Origin: a virus
Strand: one strand, 5' to 3'
DNA length: 64,000 nucleotides
Virus record (IMG/VR): IMGVR_UViG_3300020599_000003
Span: 32,001-96,000 of that record
The translations under genes were made by a program, and so were the position numbers. Within the stretch, counting starts at the first letter, position 1, and every line of letters starts with the position of its first letter. The notes beneath the pieces were generated by a model. It was given only the letters and a program-made list of their open reading frames with translations. It made no database searches and was not told the DNA's origin. Of this stretch, positions 1 to 9,272 are shown one piece after another.

Positions 1-333
1 CTGGACTTGCGCAACGTCAACTACTCGTGGGTCATGGGTCGCGAGGACCACAACTATGACTGGGCTCCCAAGTTCTCGCTGACCGGTGACTTCGTTCTGC
101 AGGATAGCGAGGAGCCGGACGATCCGCCCTATGAGACGGAGCGCGTCAGTCTGGCCCGTGTCATCCCCTCACCTGTCATGTCTGACGTTCACCGCAGCCT
201 GAACGTGTGGCGGGACTTCGTGGTCGCCGAATTCTTTCAGGAGCGCGCCCACCGCGCCTTGGAAGCAGCTATCAAGGTCGCGACCGACGCCCGTACCGCC
301 TGGGACGAGCATCGCAAACTTCATCCTAACTAG
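1..333 (+). CDS. hypothetical protein, 5'-truncated by window edge
   Basis: Open frame from base 1 to TAG 333; TAG overlaps the GGAG ribosome-binding site of the next gene. Confidence 0.6.
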   Translation: MDLRNVNYSWVMGREDHNYDWAPKFSLTGDFVLQDSEEPDDPPYETERVSLARVIPSPVMSDVHRSLNVWRDFVVAEFFQERAHRALEAAIKVATDARTAWDEHRKLHPN

Positions 334-342
334 GAGCATAAC

Positions 343-699
343 ATGCCCGAAGCAAATCTCATCACTGAAGACGACAAGGTCATCCTGGCCCTCATCGGTT
401 GGGACGCCATGCTGAACAGCAGCGAAGAAAACGAAATGGCCCTCAAGTGGCTCGCCCTGGCCCGTGCCGCTGATGGTAACGCCGTGGACTGCATCAAGGC
501 GGCGTTCGCTCGTGGCCCTCTGTACGATGGTGACGTCCCGAGCAAGGCCGGGCGGGACTGGTGCCTGGAGCAAGGTCTGATCGCCAAGGTCATCGTGCGC
601 GGCGAATGGGGCTACAACGCGCTGACGTACAAGGGCGCGTGGGTCTACAAGGTTCTCATCGCAATGGGCGCTGAAGCCCCGAAGAAGGAGCTCTCGTGA
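343..699 (+). CDS. hypothetical protein (118 aa)
   Basis: AGGAG SD upstream, host-like codon usage, GTGA overlap with next ORF. Confidence 0.75.
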   Translation: MPEANLITEDDKVILALIGWDAMLNSSEENEMALKWLALARAADGNAVDCIKAAFARGPLYDGDVPSKAGRDWCLEQGLIAKVIVRGEWGYNALTYKGAWVYKVLIAMGAEAPKKELS

Positions 700-848
700 A
701 ATACGTCGTAGTGCAAGTCGTGCGCAAGGTGCGCAACCCTGATGGTACGACCGGCGAAGAAACGCTGGAACTGCCGGTGATATTCCCGAAGGAACTGGTC
801 CACGCGACCTTCCCCGACACCTCCCGCGGTGTCTACACCACCCTCTAA
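696..848 (+). CDS. small hypothetical protein (50 aa, MKYVVVQVVRK...PVIFPKELVH)
   Basis: Not in ORF track; GTG start overlaps upstream TGA, AAGGAG SD at 685-690, TAA 846-848. Confidence 0.6.
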   Translation: MKYVVVQVVRKVRNPDGTTGEETLELPVIFPKELVHATFPDTSRGVYTTL

Positions 849-865
849 TTCTCCTGGAAACTTTG

Positions 866-1198
866 ATGAACCGTTCTGTGAAATCGACCCTGGTGGCCCT
901 CGTACTTGGCGTGGTGTGCATGAGCGTGGCAACCGATTCGGAAGCCCGTCGCCGCTGGGGCAGTCGTTCGTATAGCATCCCCAAACCTTCCGCGCCCAAG
1001 CCCTCGGCACCGGCCCCTACGGTCATCCACCAGAACAGCGGCGGCTCCGGCTTCATGCCTTCGCTGATCGGCGGTGCCATCGGCGCCAGCATGATGTCTG
1101 GTGGGCACCCTCGTGAAGAGGAGCCGCGCCAAGCCAACCAACTGCCGCAGCAACGCCCTAACACGGGCGACCACATCACCCCCGTCCGCGTACCCTGA
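866..1198 (+). CDS. exported or membrane-anchored Pro/Gly-rich hypothetical protein
   Basis: Basic N-terminus plus hydrophobic LVALVLGVVCMSVA and an AxA-like site (SEA); Pro-rich linker; second hydrophobic GG-rich segment. Confidence 0.65.
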   Translation: MNRSVKSTLVALVLGVVCMSVATDSEARRRWGSRSYSIPKPSAPKPSAPAPTVIHQNSGGSGFMPSLIGGAIGASMMSGGHPREEEPRQANQLPQQRPNTGDHITPVRVP

Positions 1199-1206
1199 GG
1201 TCAGCA

Positions 1207-1548
1207 ATGCAACAGAACTATGTCCGCCGTCTGCTCAAGCGCCCGCACCCGCAGATGCTCACTCACGATGCTCAGCGCCGCAGCTATCCCGACCTGATCC
1301 AAGACTATCGGCAAGACGCGCGCCGCGCAGGTCGTTGTGGCAAGACCCCGTTGCTGGTGCAGGAACTGGAACGTCGCATACTCAAGAAGGGCCTGTTCGC
1401 CGCCCGCTACGGGGCGTCCCCGATTGTAATGGGCTCCACGCAGTCGGGCCGTCAGACCACGTTCGCTGACATCGAGCGCCTCTGGCAATCCACCAACTCG
1501 GCGTGGGTCACCAAGGAACTGCGCGACAACACTTTCGGTGGAGGCTGA
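1207..1548 (+). CDS. hypothetical protein (113 aa)
   Basis: GAGG SD, ORF in operon direction. Confidence 0.7.
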   Translation: MQQNYVRRLLKRPHPQMLTHDAQRRSYPDLIQDYRQDARRAGRCGKTPLLVQELERRILKKGLFAARYGASPIVMGSTQSGRQTTFADIERLWQSTNSAWVTKELRDNTFGGG

Positions 1549-1679
1549 TGGCGTTGGCTGCTCGGTAAGCGATCCGCATCTTAGAGGACGACAAGCCCAT
1601 AATTGCGCTGTACGGCTACACCACGATAGATTTGCACGAACAAACGCAAAGCTCTCGCCAGCCTCCGGGAAGTAAATAG
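1548..1679 (+). pseudogene. possible interrupted small ORF
   Basis: ATG 1548 coupled to upstream TGA; MALAAR then TAA 1566-1568, frame continues 36 codons to TAG 1677-1679. Confidence 0.25.
1672..1677 (+). promoter_or_regulatory. GTAAAT motif upstream of clamp loader
   Basis: Same hexamer recurs upstream of 5 replication-type gene starts. Confidence 0.5.
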
Positions 1680-1741
1680 CACCGTAACCATCGTGCTCCC
1701 CGAGGATGCCGGTAAGAGCACTCAACTCACGCAGGAATAGA

Positions 1742-2818
1742 ATGGCTCTCGACACGAAGTACCGACCCAAGACCCTCAACCAGTGCATCGGCCACGAAGC
1801 CGCCGTCACAATGATGCGCGGCTTTGTGAATGGACGACCTCCGAAACTCCTGGTCATCTCCGGACCAACCTCGTCAGGTAAGACGACCCTCGGGCGCATT
1901 CTGGCAGGTGAGTTGAATGGCTATGATCCTCAGGGCAACCCATACGACTACATGGAAGTCGATGGTGGTCAGTACCGCACCAAGGAGGAACTACTCAGCC
2001 TGACCCGCACGGCGGCGTTCATGCCGCAGCGTGGCAAGTATCGCGTGATCCTGATCGACGAGTTTCAGCATGTCCTGGGGAATGCCCAGGCTGTCCCTGT
2101 TCTGCTGAAGGCTACTGAAGAGCCGCCCCCGCGCACGATCTGGATCTTCTGCACGATGGACCCTACCAAACTCCAGACAGACAAGAATGGGAAGGCCATC
2201 CTCAACCGATCTGTACAGATCACCCTGAAGCAGCACACCAACGAGGACTTGTTCAAGCAGGGTGTCCGCATCGTCAAGAACGAGAAGATGGGGTTCATCA
2301 GCCCTGACTTACTCAAGCAGATCGTCCTCGAATCCAACAACGAGATGCGTACTCTGGCTCACAACATCGAGTCGGTGGCAGCATTCTACTCCGGGTTGGC
2401 GAAGAAGCGTCCGCTCACCCCTGCGGACATCCAGATCGGCCTGAAGTCGGTCAACGCGGACAACGAAAACGTCGTCAAGAGGTACCTGACTGCCCTGTAT
2501 GGAGGCTCCTTCGTCGAAGCAGCCAAAGCCATCATGGATATCGAGGACGACGTGAGCTTCGTCAATCAGGCTCTGTGGGCGGCGAAGTTCGTGCTGTACG
2601 TCAAGGGGCTGGGCGTCACCAAGCACAAGAAGGTTCTCTGGTACGGCAACAACAGGGAGATTCTGGAAGCCGTCAACAAACTCCAGAAGAAGCCTACGGT
2701 CGGGGACTTGGCGGCGGTTGTCACCATGTTGATCAAGGTGCGTTCGATGCTCACGACGGGCAACCTCGAGGACCACCTGACTGCTGCAACTTTCCACTAC
2801 CTCAACGGTGATGACTGA
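1742..2818 (+). CDS. clamp loader AAA+ subunit (DnaX gamma/tau / RFC family)
   Basis: N-terminal KYRPKTL..CIGHE, Walker A GPTSSGKTT, Walker B LIDEFQ, KATEEPP, LNRS, MRT sensor. Confidence 0.9.
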   Translation: MALDTKYRPKTLNQCIGHEAAVTMMRGFVNGRPPKLLVISGPTSSGKTTLGRILAGELNGYDPQGNPYDYMEVDGGQYRTKEELLSLTRTAAFMPQRGKYRVILIDEFQHVLGNAQAVPVLLKATEEPPPRTIWIFCTMDPTKLQTDKNGKAILNRSVQITLKQHTNEDLFKQGVRIVKNEKMGFISPDLLKQIVLESNNEMRTLAHNIESVAAFYSGLAKKRPLTPADIQIGLKSVNADNENVVKRYLTALYGGSFVEAAKAIMDIEDDVSFVNQALWAAKFVLYVKGLGVTKHKKVLWYGNNREILEAVNKLQKKPTVGDLAAVVTMLIKVRSMLTTGNLEDHLTAATFHYLNGDD

Positions 2819-3042
2819 TGGTCCAAGGGACCACCCTTCCCGCAGGCACACGTATCGAGCGAGAGCTGAACGTGTACGAGGTCGTCGATCCAGGCGACCG
2901 TCTCGTCCTGCTACGCTGCGTCTACTTCGTGTGTGAGGAAGACATGGGCGACCGCATCTTCTGCACCCACCTCAACCAAGAACTCTGGATGGCGAAGTTC
3001 CACCTCCCGTCCTACAACATCAGTAACTACGTCCCCGAGTAG
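2818..3042 (+). CDS. hypothetical protein (74 aa)
   Basis: TGATG coupling to clamp loader; ends at TAG 3040-3042 (see finding). Confidence 0.65.
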   Translation: MVQGTTLPAGTRIERELNVYEVVDPGDRLVLLRCVYFVCEEDMGDRIFCTHLNQELWMAKFHLPSYNISNYVPE

Positions 3043-3162
3043 AGCCTCGTAGGAGTCGTAAGGGACCTGACCGAAGCCGAGCGCCAAGCACGCCAAGATG
3101 AAGCCGACAAGAAGCGCGATGAAGAGCATGCTCTCCCACCTCAACCCGTCTCAGGAACAAGA

Positions 3163-4509
3163 ATGATTGACCTCAGTAGCCTGTCTAGCCTCTCCTCCTA
3201 CGCGCCTCTCGTCGCTCTGGGTGGCGTCGCCGCAGCCGCAGCGGCCGGATGGCGGCATGTACAGGGCTTCCTCTCTTCAGTGAAGCGCCTCATCATCGTG
3301 GAAGCAGAGATCGACCCATGTACGGCAGAGGCTGTCCAGCACTACCTCATCGCCAAGTGGAAGCGTGCCCCGTCGGGCAAGATGACGACGGCCGGTGGCC
3401 GATTCGACGTCAAGACCGCCGACCACCGCTACGTGGTTCCGTTCCACATCGAGAACGAGAACTTCATCGCGTACCGTGGTCGTCAGTTCGTGTGGGCCAA
3501 GCGCGGCTCCAGCGGACGTCACGTCTACCGCATCAGCGCCGTGCGCGGCATCGTCAACGTGCGCAAGTTCCTCTCCGAAGCTACGCGGTACTACAACGAG
3601 GAGTTCCTGCCGTCCATCAAGAGTAAGACTCGCTCCAGCCGCTTCGCTGTGTACGACCTGATCGGAACGGACAAGAGCAACGCATTCGGCGAGGTGGCTA
3701 GTGCCATGCGCAAGCGCAGCAGCCCGAGTGGTGGCAGTCTGGAGGCTGATTCTATCGCGGACTCCAACCTCACCCCGATACTGGCTCTGGAGAAGTCGTT
3801 CGTCTACGACGCGGACGTGTACACACCTTCGACCGAGGATAGCCCTCTGACTGGTCTGTACTACCCCGAGTACATCCTGGACCAGTTTCGGCAGGCCCGC
3901 CAGTGGATGGAAATGGGTGACTGGTACTTGCAGCGATCGATCCCTCACCGCCGGGGTTGGCTGTTCTACGGACCAGGCGGCACGGGCAAGTCCAGTTTGG
4001 CAAAGGCCATCGCCAAGGACCTCGGGATCCCCATCTACCGCTTCTTCCTGAACACCATGTCGGATCAGGAGTTCATGAGCGAATGGCGTGGCATGACTAC
4101 TCCGTGCGTGGCTCTGTTCGAGGACTTCGACAACACGTTCCACGGACGCGAGCCTGCCACTGAGCATCGCAGCCTGTCGTTCGACACGGTGCTGAACATG
4201 ATCTCGGGCGTCAACACGACGAGCGGCGTGCTGCTGATCGTGACCACCAACCACATCGAGCATATCGACCCGGCTCTGGGTACGCTCGGTCCGGATGGTA
4301 AGTCCACGCGCCCTGGCCGCATCGACCGGATCGTGCACATCGCCCATATGAAAGCACCCGAGCGTGAGCGCATGGCCCGCGACATCCTGCGTGACTGGCC
4401 CGACCTGATCCAGCGCGCCATCGACCCGGAACGCTACCCCGTCGATCCCACGCCCACGCAGTTCCAAGAGGACTGCCTCCAGCTTGCCTACGAGAAGATG
4501 AAGGACTGA
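3163..4509 (+). CDS. Bcs1-like membrane-anchored AAA+ ATPase
   Basis: N-terminal TM (PLVALGGVAAAAAAGW); RRGWLFYGPGGTGKSS, ALFEDFD, LIVTTNH.E..DPAL, RPGRIDR match the Bcs1 AAA signature. Confidence 0.88.
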   Translation: MIDLSSLSSLSSYAPLVALGGVAAAAAAGWRHVQGFLSSVKRLIIVEAEIDPCTAEAVQHYLIAKWKRAPSGKMTTAGGRFDVKTADHRYVVPFHIENENFIAYRGRQFVWAKRGSSGRHVYRISAVRGIVNVRKFLSEATRYYNEEFLPSIKSKTRSSRFAVYDLIGTDKSNAFGEVASAMRKRSSPSGGSLEADSIADSNLTPILALEKSFVYDADVYTPSTEDSPLTGLYYPEYILDQFRQARQWMEMGDWYLQRSIPHRRGWLFYGPGGTGKSSLAKAIAKDLGIPIYRFFLNTMSDQEFMSEWRGMTTPCVALFEDFDNTFHGREPATEHRSLSFDTVLNMISGVNTTSGVLLIVTTNHIEHIDPALGTLGPDGKSTRPGRIDRIVHIAHMKAPERERMARDILRDWPDLIQRAIDPERYPVDPTPTQFQEDCLQLAYEKMKD

Positions 4510-4510
4510 T

Positions 4511-4966
4511 ATGAGCGCCGTCGAACTCTACCTCCCTCTCGGTCCGGCCTTCTCGTTGAAGATGGGGAAGATCTGGCCGGAGCCCTACGCCACTCCTGCA
4601 GCCGACGCATTCCTGGAAGACTGGAACTCGGGCCAGATCTATCTGATCTTCGCTGGGGACAACATCGTGGGCGTCACTGGCTACTTCTTGGACACCCATT
4701 CCACCTCCGTGTACTTGCGCTGGACCGGCATCTTGCCGGAGTATCGTCGCAAGGGCTACGCCTCGAAGGCACTGACGGTACTGCGCAACGCGCTGTCGCA
4801 CGACTACTCCGGGTGCAAGCTGGTGGAGCTCGTGCCTGACAACGAGTACGGGGTCGCGGTCAAGCAGTTCTTCCTCTCGCAAGGCTTCCAGGAAGACCCC
4901 GACGTGTACACGCCGCCGAACGAATGCTCGGACTGGCCCACCATCGCAATGTCCATCACCATTTGA
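4511..4966 (+). CDS. GNAT-family acetyltransferase
   Basis: LRWTGILPEYRRKGYASKAL acetyl-CoA-binding motif A; KQFFLSQGF motif B. Confidence 0.78.
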   Translation: MSAVELYLPLGPAFSLKMGKIWPEPYATPAADAFLEDWNSGQIYLIFAGDNIVGVTGYFLDTHSTSVYLRWTGILPEYRRKGYASKALTVLRNALSHDYSGCKLVELVPDNEYGVAVKQFFLSQGFQEDPDVYTPPNECSDWPTIAMSITI

Positions 4967-4973
4967 GGAACCA

Positions 4974-5255
4974 ATGGAAATGATCGTACACGACTCCGAG
5001 GCCAGCCTGAGCAAGCACGACCATTCGGCCAAGAGCTTCCAGTATCGCAACGCACAATTCGTCTACGACGAGTGGATGCTCAACAAGCTGAACTCCATGT
5101 TCGGGGGCAATGCCGTCGCGTGTTACACTACCAAGCCTACTCGCTTCCGGACTGAGGTCATCAGCCACCTCTCGCTCTTCCTGTTCTTCGATGACCGTCC
5201 CCCGACGTTCATACAGATCAGCGAGTGGATGACCCTGGACCGCGTCAACACTTGA
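4974..5255 (+). CDS. hypothetical protein (93 aa)
   Basis: GAGGA SD, operon direction. Confidence 0.6.
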   Translation: MEMIVHDSEASLSKHDHSAKSFQYRNAQFVYDEWMLNKLNSMFGGNAVACYTTKPTRFRTEVISHLSLFLFFDDRPPTFIQISEWMTLDRVNT

Positions 5256-5478
5256 TCGGCTGTGAATTTTAGCTCCAAGCCAACTCAAGCACTGGAGCAG
5301 CCAGCATGGACTCCCACCTGTTCTTAGCGACCTGCGTGAACAACGTGGCCCATCGGGAAATACACGACCGGCTCCGGGGTTGAAGCTCATGCCTGAACCC
5401 TCGAAGAAACCCTGCGTCAAGAGCGCGAACGCGCCCGCTGGGTGCTCCGCCCGGACCCTACTCTGTAGGCCCAAAGTA

Positions 5479-5484
5479 GTAAAT
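5479..5484 (+). promoter_or_regulatory. GTAAAT motif upstream of SbcC-like gene
   Basis: 35 nt upstream of ATG 5519; TATAAC follows 20 nt later. Confidence 0.5.
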
Positions 5485-5518
5485 GTTCTGCATTAGGTAG
5501 CCACTATAACAACCCGCC

Positions 5519-7768
5519 ATGCAGAACACAGTAGCCAACGTCTGGCGGTCGATCCTTCTACGGAAGGTCGGCCCATTCGACGACGTCTCTTTCGACATCC
5601 CGCTCGGCATCTCCACGATCTACGGGTTCAACACTAGCGCGCACGACCCGAACGCGGCCGGCAAGTCCATGCTGTTCTCGTCGATCTTCGACACGCTGTA
5701 CGAGAATCCGATCGCTGCTGAGAAGTCCGATCGCATCCGTGTCGGCGAGCGTGGTGTACGCATCGACCTACAAGGCAAGCCCCTGCTCCTCAAACGGGTC
5801 GGCTCCAAATCCCAACTGAAATTCGACGGTGCGCTCGTTCACGGGGCCACCAATGTTCGGCGCAAGCTGGACGACATCCTGCCGTGGACCTGGGAAGATG
5901 TAGTCACCTACATCCATCTGGACTCCCAGACCCCTCATCCCCTGGTCAAGGGTAGCAATGCTGATCGCAAGGCATTCCTGACCAAGTTCTTTGGCCTAGA
6001 CAAGATCGACGCCGAGAAGAAGATTATCAAGGCTGCTTATGAGAAGGTCTCCGGGGCGATTGATCGCTATGAAGCTCTAGAAGCCGATCGAGCCGAGCTC
6101 CAACCCAGGCTACCTCCCAAGGGCATGATCGAGAAGCTCACCGATCGAGCGAAGCGTATGCAGGCCCACTTGGATCAACTCCAGGAGGGTGCGGCAGAGG
6201 CTGACCAGGCACGTCGTGCAGCCCTATTCCGTGAGCAGGCCGCTGCTGAGCTCGATCACTACGCGAAGGCGTGCGACGAGGTTGGAAAGGAGGATTTACG
6301 CAGCCTGATCGCCGACTTCGAGAAGCAACTCTCGCGCAACATGGACCTCCTCGAGCAGGCTGGCGAATTCGAGGACTGGCAGGAGCGCAAGCAACGGTTC
6401 GACGAGTGGGCGCAGAACCTCAGCCCTGAGACCAAGGCATTTCTACGATCGGGGGCGGTAGACAAGAACCCTCAGGCCATTGCAGCCAAGCTCGACAAGG
6501 CACAGTATCGCTACGACGATTTGATTGCCGAGCAAGCTCGCCTCCGCCCCATTTGCGGGGCTAGGATCACGACGGTTGAAAAGCCGAAGCGTCCTCTGGG
6601 AGAAGCTCGTGCTAAGATGGAGTCGGCACAACATCAGCTCCAGCATGCGAAGAAATTCGGCGGCGGTTCCTGCCCTACATGCGGCCAGCACGTCAAGACT
6701 GCCAACACGGCGGAACTCACTAAGATCATCAACTTCGCCACTGCCTGCATCAAGCAGCACGAGGCTTATGAGGAGTATCAGTCCAAGGTCACCAAGCAGC
6801 AGGAAGCTCGCAAGCGCTTCAGCGAGTTGAAGGCCGAGTCCGATAAGATCCTCGCGTACATGCGAGCGCACGAGAAGTACCGCATCATCGCCGAGGAGCT
6901 GAGCAATGCCCCTAAGAATCCGGGTGAGTTCACTGGCAAGCGCATCATCGCCAAGGTAGTGCGCGGCGTCATCGACGAGCTGAACACTCGCCTACGAGCC
7001 CTCAAGTTTCTGGAATCCAACCACGACGTCTTCCAGCAGGCTCTGGAACTAGGTGAGAGTGCTGACTTCGCCAAGTCCAACGTCGAGCAAGTTGCCGCGC
7101 TGACCCGGGAGCTCACGCAGATCGAGGCCAAGCTGGCACGCGCGCGGGCTCTTACCGAGCAGTACGATGGCATCTTGGAGAAGATGGAGTCGCTCAAGAA
7201 GCACATCAACCGCGCCAAGGATCTGGAAGCTCTGCTGGCTGGCTACGACGACAAGGCCATGAAGAAGCTGGTCGTACAGGCCCTCAGCTCGCGCCTGGGC
7301 CAGCAGATCGCCAAGTATGCATCCATTGTGTTCCCGGAGTTCAAGTTCGAGCTCAAGTGGGATGCCCATCAGGTCGAGTTCTTGGTGCATCGTCACTTCC
7401 CGGACCGCGTTGATACCACTGATGTGCGACGCCTGTCCGGTGCTGAGACCAAGCTGTTCACTATCGTGCTGGTGATGGCACTGATGGCCTTCGTTCCCAG
7501 CGAGAAGCGTTCCTCAATGATCGTCCTGGACGAGCCTGCTGCAAACATGGGACCTGCCAACATTCAGCGCTTCCAAGAGCTCCTGCCGATGCTCAACAAG
7601 ATGATCCCGTCGGTAATCATCATCACGCCGAAGGCTGAGGAGCGCTATGGGGGACGAGAGTTCACTATTTGCAAGATGCGAGGCATCACCACTGTCGTGG
7701 AAGGCCACCCCTCAACAATCAAGCTGAAGCCGGTCAAGCGCATGGCTACCAAGAAGAGGAAAGCATGA
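5519..7768 (+). CDS. sbcC: SbcC/Rad50/gp46-like ABC-ATPase of recombination nuclease
   Basis: Walker A NAAGKS, coiled coils with central zinc hook CPTCGQ, signature LSGAE, Walker B IVLDEP. Confidence 0.9.
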   Translation: MQNTVANVWRSILLRKVGPFDDVSFDIPLGISTIYGFNTSAHDPNAAGKSMLFSSIFDTLYENPIAAEKSDRIRVGERGVRIDLQGKPLLLKRVGSKSQLKFDGALVHGATNVRRKLDDILPWTWEDVVTYIHLDSQTPHPLVKGSNADRKAFLTKFFGLDKIDAEKKIIKAAYEKVSGAIDRYEALEADRAELQPRLPPKGMIEKLTDRAKRMQAHLDQLQEGAAEADQARRAALFREQAAAELDHYAKACDEVGKEDLRSLIADFEKQLSRNMDLLEQAGEFEDWQERKQRFDEWAQNLSPETKAFLRSGAVDKNPQAIAAKLDKAQYRYDDLIAEQARLRPICGARITTVEKPKRPLGEARAKMESAQHQLQHAKKFGGGSCPTCGQHVKTANTAELTKIINFATACIKQHEAYEEYQSKVTKQQEARKRFSELKAESDKILAYMRAHEKYRIIAEELSNAPKNPGEFTGKRIIAKVVRGVIDELNTRLRALKFLESNHDVFQQALELGESADFAKSNVEQVAALTRELTQIEAKLARARALTEQYDGILEKMESLKKHINRAKDLEALLAGYDDKAMKKLVVQALSSRLGQQIAKYASIVFPEFKFELKWDAHQVEFLVHRHFPDRVDTTDVRRLSGAETKLFTIVLVMALMAFVPSEKRSSMIVLDEPAANMGPANIQRFQELLPMLNKMIPSVIIITPKAEERYGGREFTICKMRGITTVVEGHPSTIKLKPVKRMATKKRKA

Positions 7769-8535
7769 ACTCGTATCACCATCTCAACGCCACTATGATT
7801 GCCAAACTGGCCGACCAACTCGAAACCGAGTATGGGGTCAAGGTGCTGTTCTCGCGCATCGTGGGCAGCCATATGTGGGGCTATGCCGATGACGTCAGCG
7901 ACTACGATGTGCAGTTCGTGTACGTCCGGCCATTGAACGACTATCTGAGTTTCCTGCCTCGCAAGCAGATCCGTTACGAGACGGCCTTCGTGACTCCCGG
8001 CCTAGCTGGTCATGCCGACGTGTTCGCCTACGACTTGCAGGACTTCGTTCGCCTGATGTCCAAGAGCGACATGAACGTGTCTCAATTCATGTTCGCCCAG
8101 CGCATAGGTGAGGAGGCTTTGTGCTGGCACGGCTTGAATGAGTTGTTCGGGCGACACTTCCAGCCAAACCTCCTGACCCGCAAATATCTGGGCCACTCAA
8201 GGTCGTCGCTGGCTGCTCTCAACATCAAGCCGGATGACCGTTCGAATCAGTGGAACGTGGTGCGCGCTATGGTCTGCGCCCATCAGCTGCATGCCACAGG
8301 TAAGCTGGCGATCCCCGACATCCTTCAAGCTTCCCATAAGTTCACGCCTGACCTCAAGCTGACCATCGACCCTGAACGGCGTCCGGGTTTCGACAAGGCT
8401 GCGTTCCGAGAACTGCTGGCCGCGACCGATGCGTGGGATCTCTCCTACCCTGAACGTACCGACGAGCAGGTTGAGGAATTCAACACCATGGCGAAGGCCA
8501 TCATCCGCCGTTTTGCCAACCCTGACTGGAGCTGA
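7765..8535 (+). CDS. DNA polymerase beta-superfamily nucleotidyltransferase (YcgL/RlaP-like)
   Basis: IVGSHMWGYADDVSDYDVQFVY = GS-x-x-x-G...SDxD catalytic motif; later D..YDL..F..L..K.....F. Confidence 0.8.
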   Translation: MNSYHHLNATMIAKLADQLETEYGVKVLFSRIVGSHMWGYADDVSDYDVQFVYVRPLNDYLSFLPRKQIRYETAFVTPGLAGHADVFAYDLQDFVRLMSKSDMNVSQFMFAQRIGEEALCWHGLNELFGRHFQPNLLTRKYLGHSRSSLAALNIKPDDRSNQWNVVRAMVCAHQLHATGKLAIPDILQASHKFTPDLKLTIDPERRPGFDKAAFRELLAATDAWDLSYPERTDEQVEEFNTMAKAIIRRFANPDWS

Positions 8536-9272
8536 TGCCTATGTCCGCTTACATGCGTGTCTTCAATCTGCTGAACAGTTCGCCGGCTGCTATCAGTGCA
8601 ATCCTCAAGAACCTAGGAGTGTGGCACGGTCTGGTTCAGAAGTCCACTGGCTTGAAAATCCACAAGATCAAGGGCACTATCGACCAGAAGCTGCAACCCC
8701 TGAACGTAGTAGTCCTCTCCTCACTGGACTCCCTCAATCGGCTGGAACCCGTTGTGCCGACTCTGGTACTGAGCTCCTTCCCCAAGAGCCTCGTTGAGTG
8801 TGTGGAGGGCTGCATCGAGAACCTCGACACGGATCCCTCAAACCTCGAGGAGCGCATCCGCTATGCTCTATGGGAGGCATTAAAGCCTGGGGAGGTTCGG
8901 GTCCGCTTCAAGAAGAAGCTCCCGCACGAGCACATTGAATCCGTCAGTCCTCCGTCCTTCTTGGACAAGTACCAGACGATCCAATGCAAGATCAACCCGT
9001 ATTCGCTACGCCAGCAAGCCCACAAGATGGCGGTCGGCTACATTGCAGGCTCGGTAGCGAAGCGGGAGGCTGAGCGACTGTTCAATTCGTCTCTCAAGTT
9101 CAACCCCATGAAGGAACTCGTCATGGGTCCCGAGGGGGCAAAGCTCCGGGATGCTATCGCCCAAGTGTCCAGCGGGATGCCCATCGAGGACGTCACGGAG
9201 TCTACTGGAATCGACCAGTTCGAAATCACTTACATGATGAAGTCCTACAAGAAGTTGTACGGCATCAGGTGA
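8535..9272 (+). CDS. hypothetical protein with probable C-terminal helix-turn-helix
   Basis: C-terminus LRDAIAQVSSGMPIEDVTESTGIDQFEITYM fits an HTH pattern. Confidence 0.65.
   Translation: MPMSAYMRVFNLLNSSPAAISAILKNLGVWHGLVQKSTGLKIHKIKGTIDQKLQPLNVVVLSSLDSLNRLEPVVPTLVLSSFPKSLVECVEGCIENLDTDPSNLEERIRYALWEALKPGEVRVRFKKKLPHEHIESVSPPSFLDKYQTIQCKINPYSLRQQAHKMAVGYIAGSVAKREAERLFNSSLKFNPMKELVMGPEGAKLRDAIAQVSSGMPIEDVTESTGIDQFEITYMMKSYKKLYGIR

Noticed and set aside
2911-3144. Minus-strand ORF with hydrophobic signal-like N-terminus
   Set aside because: Antisense within a tightly packed + strand operon; no SD or promoter seen.
5519-7768. No SbcD/Mre11 gene adjacent to SbcC
   Set aside because: The partner may lie outside this window, so its absence here is uninformative.
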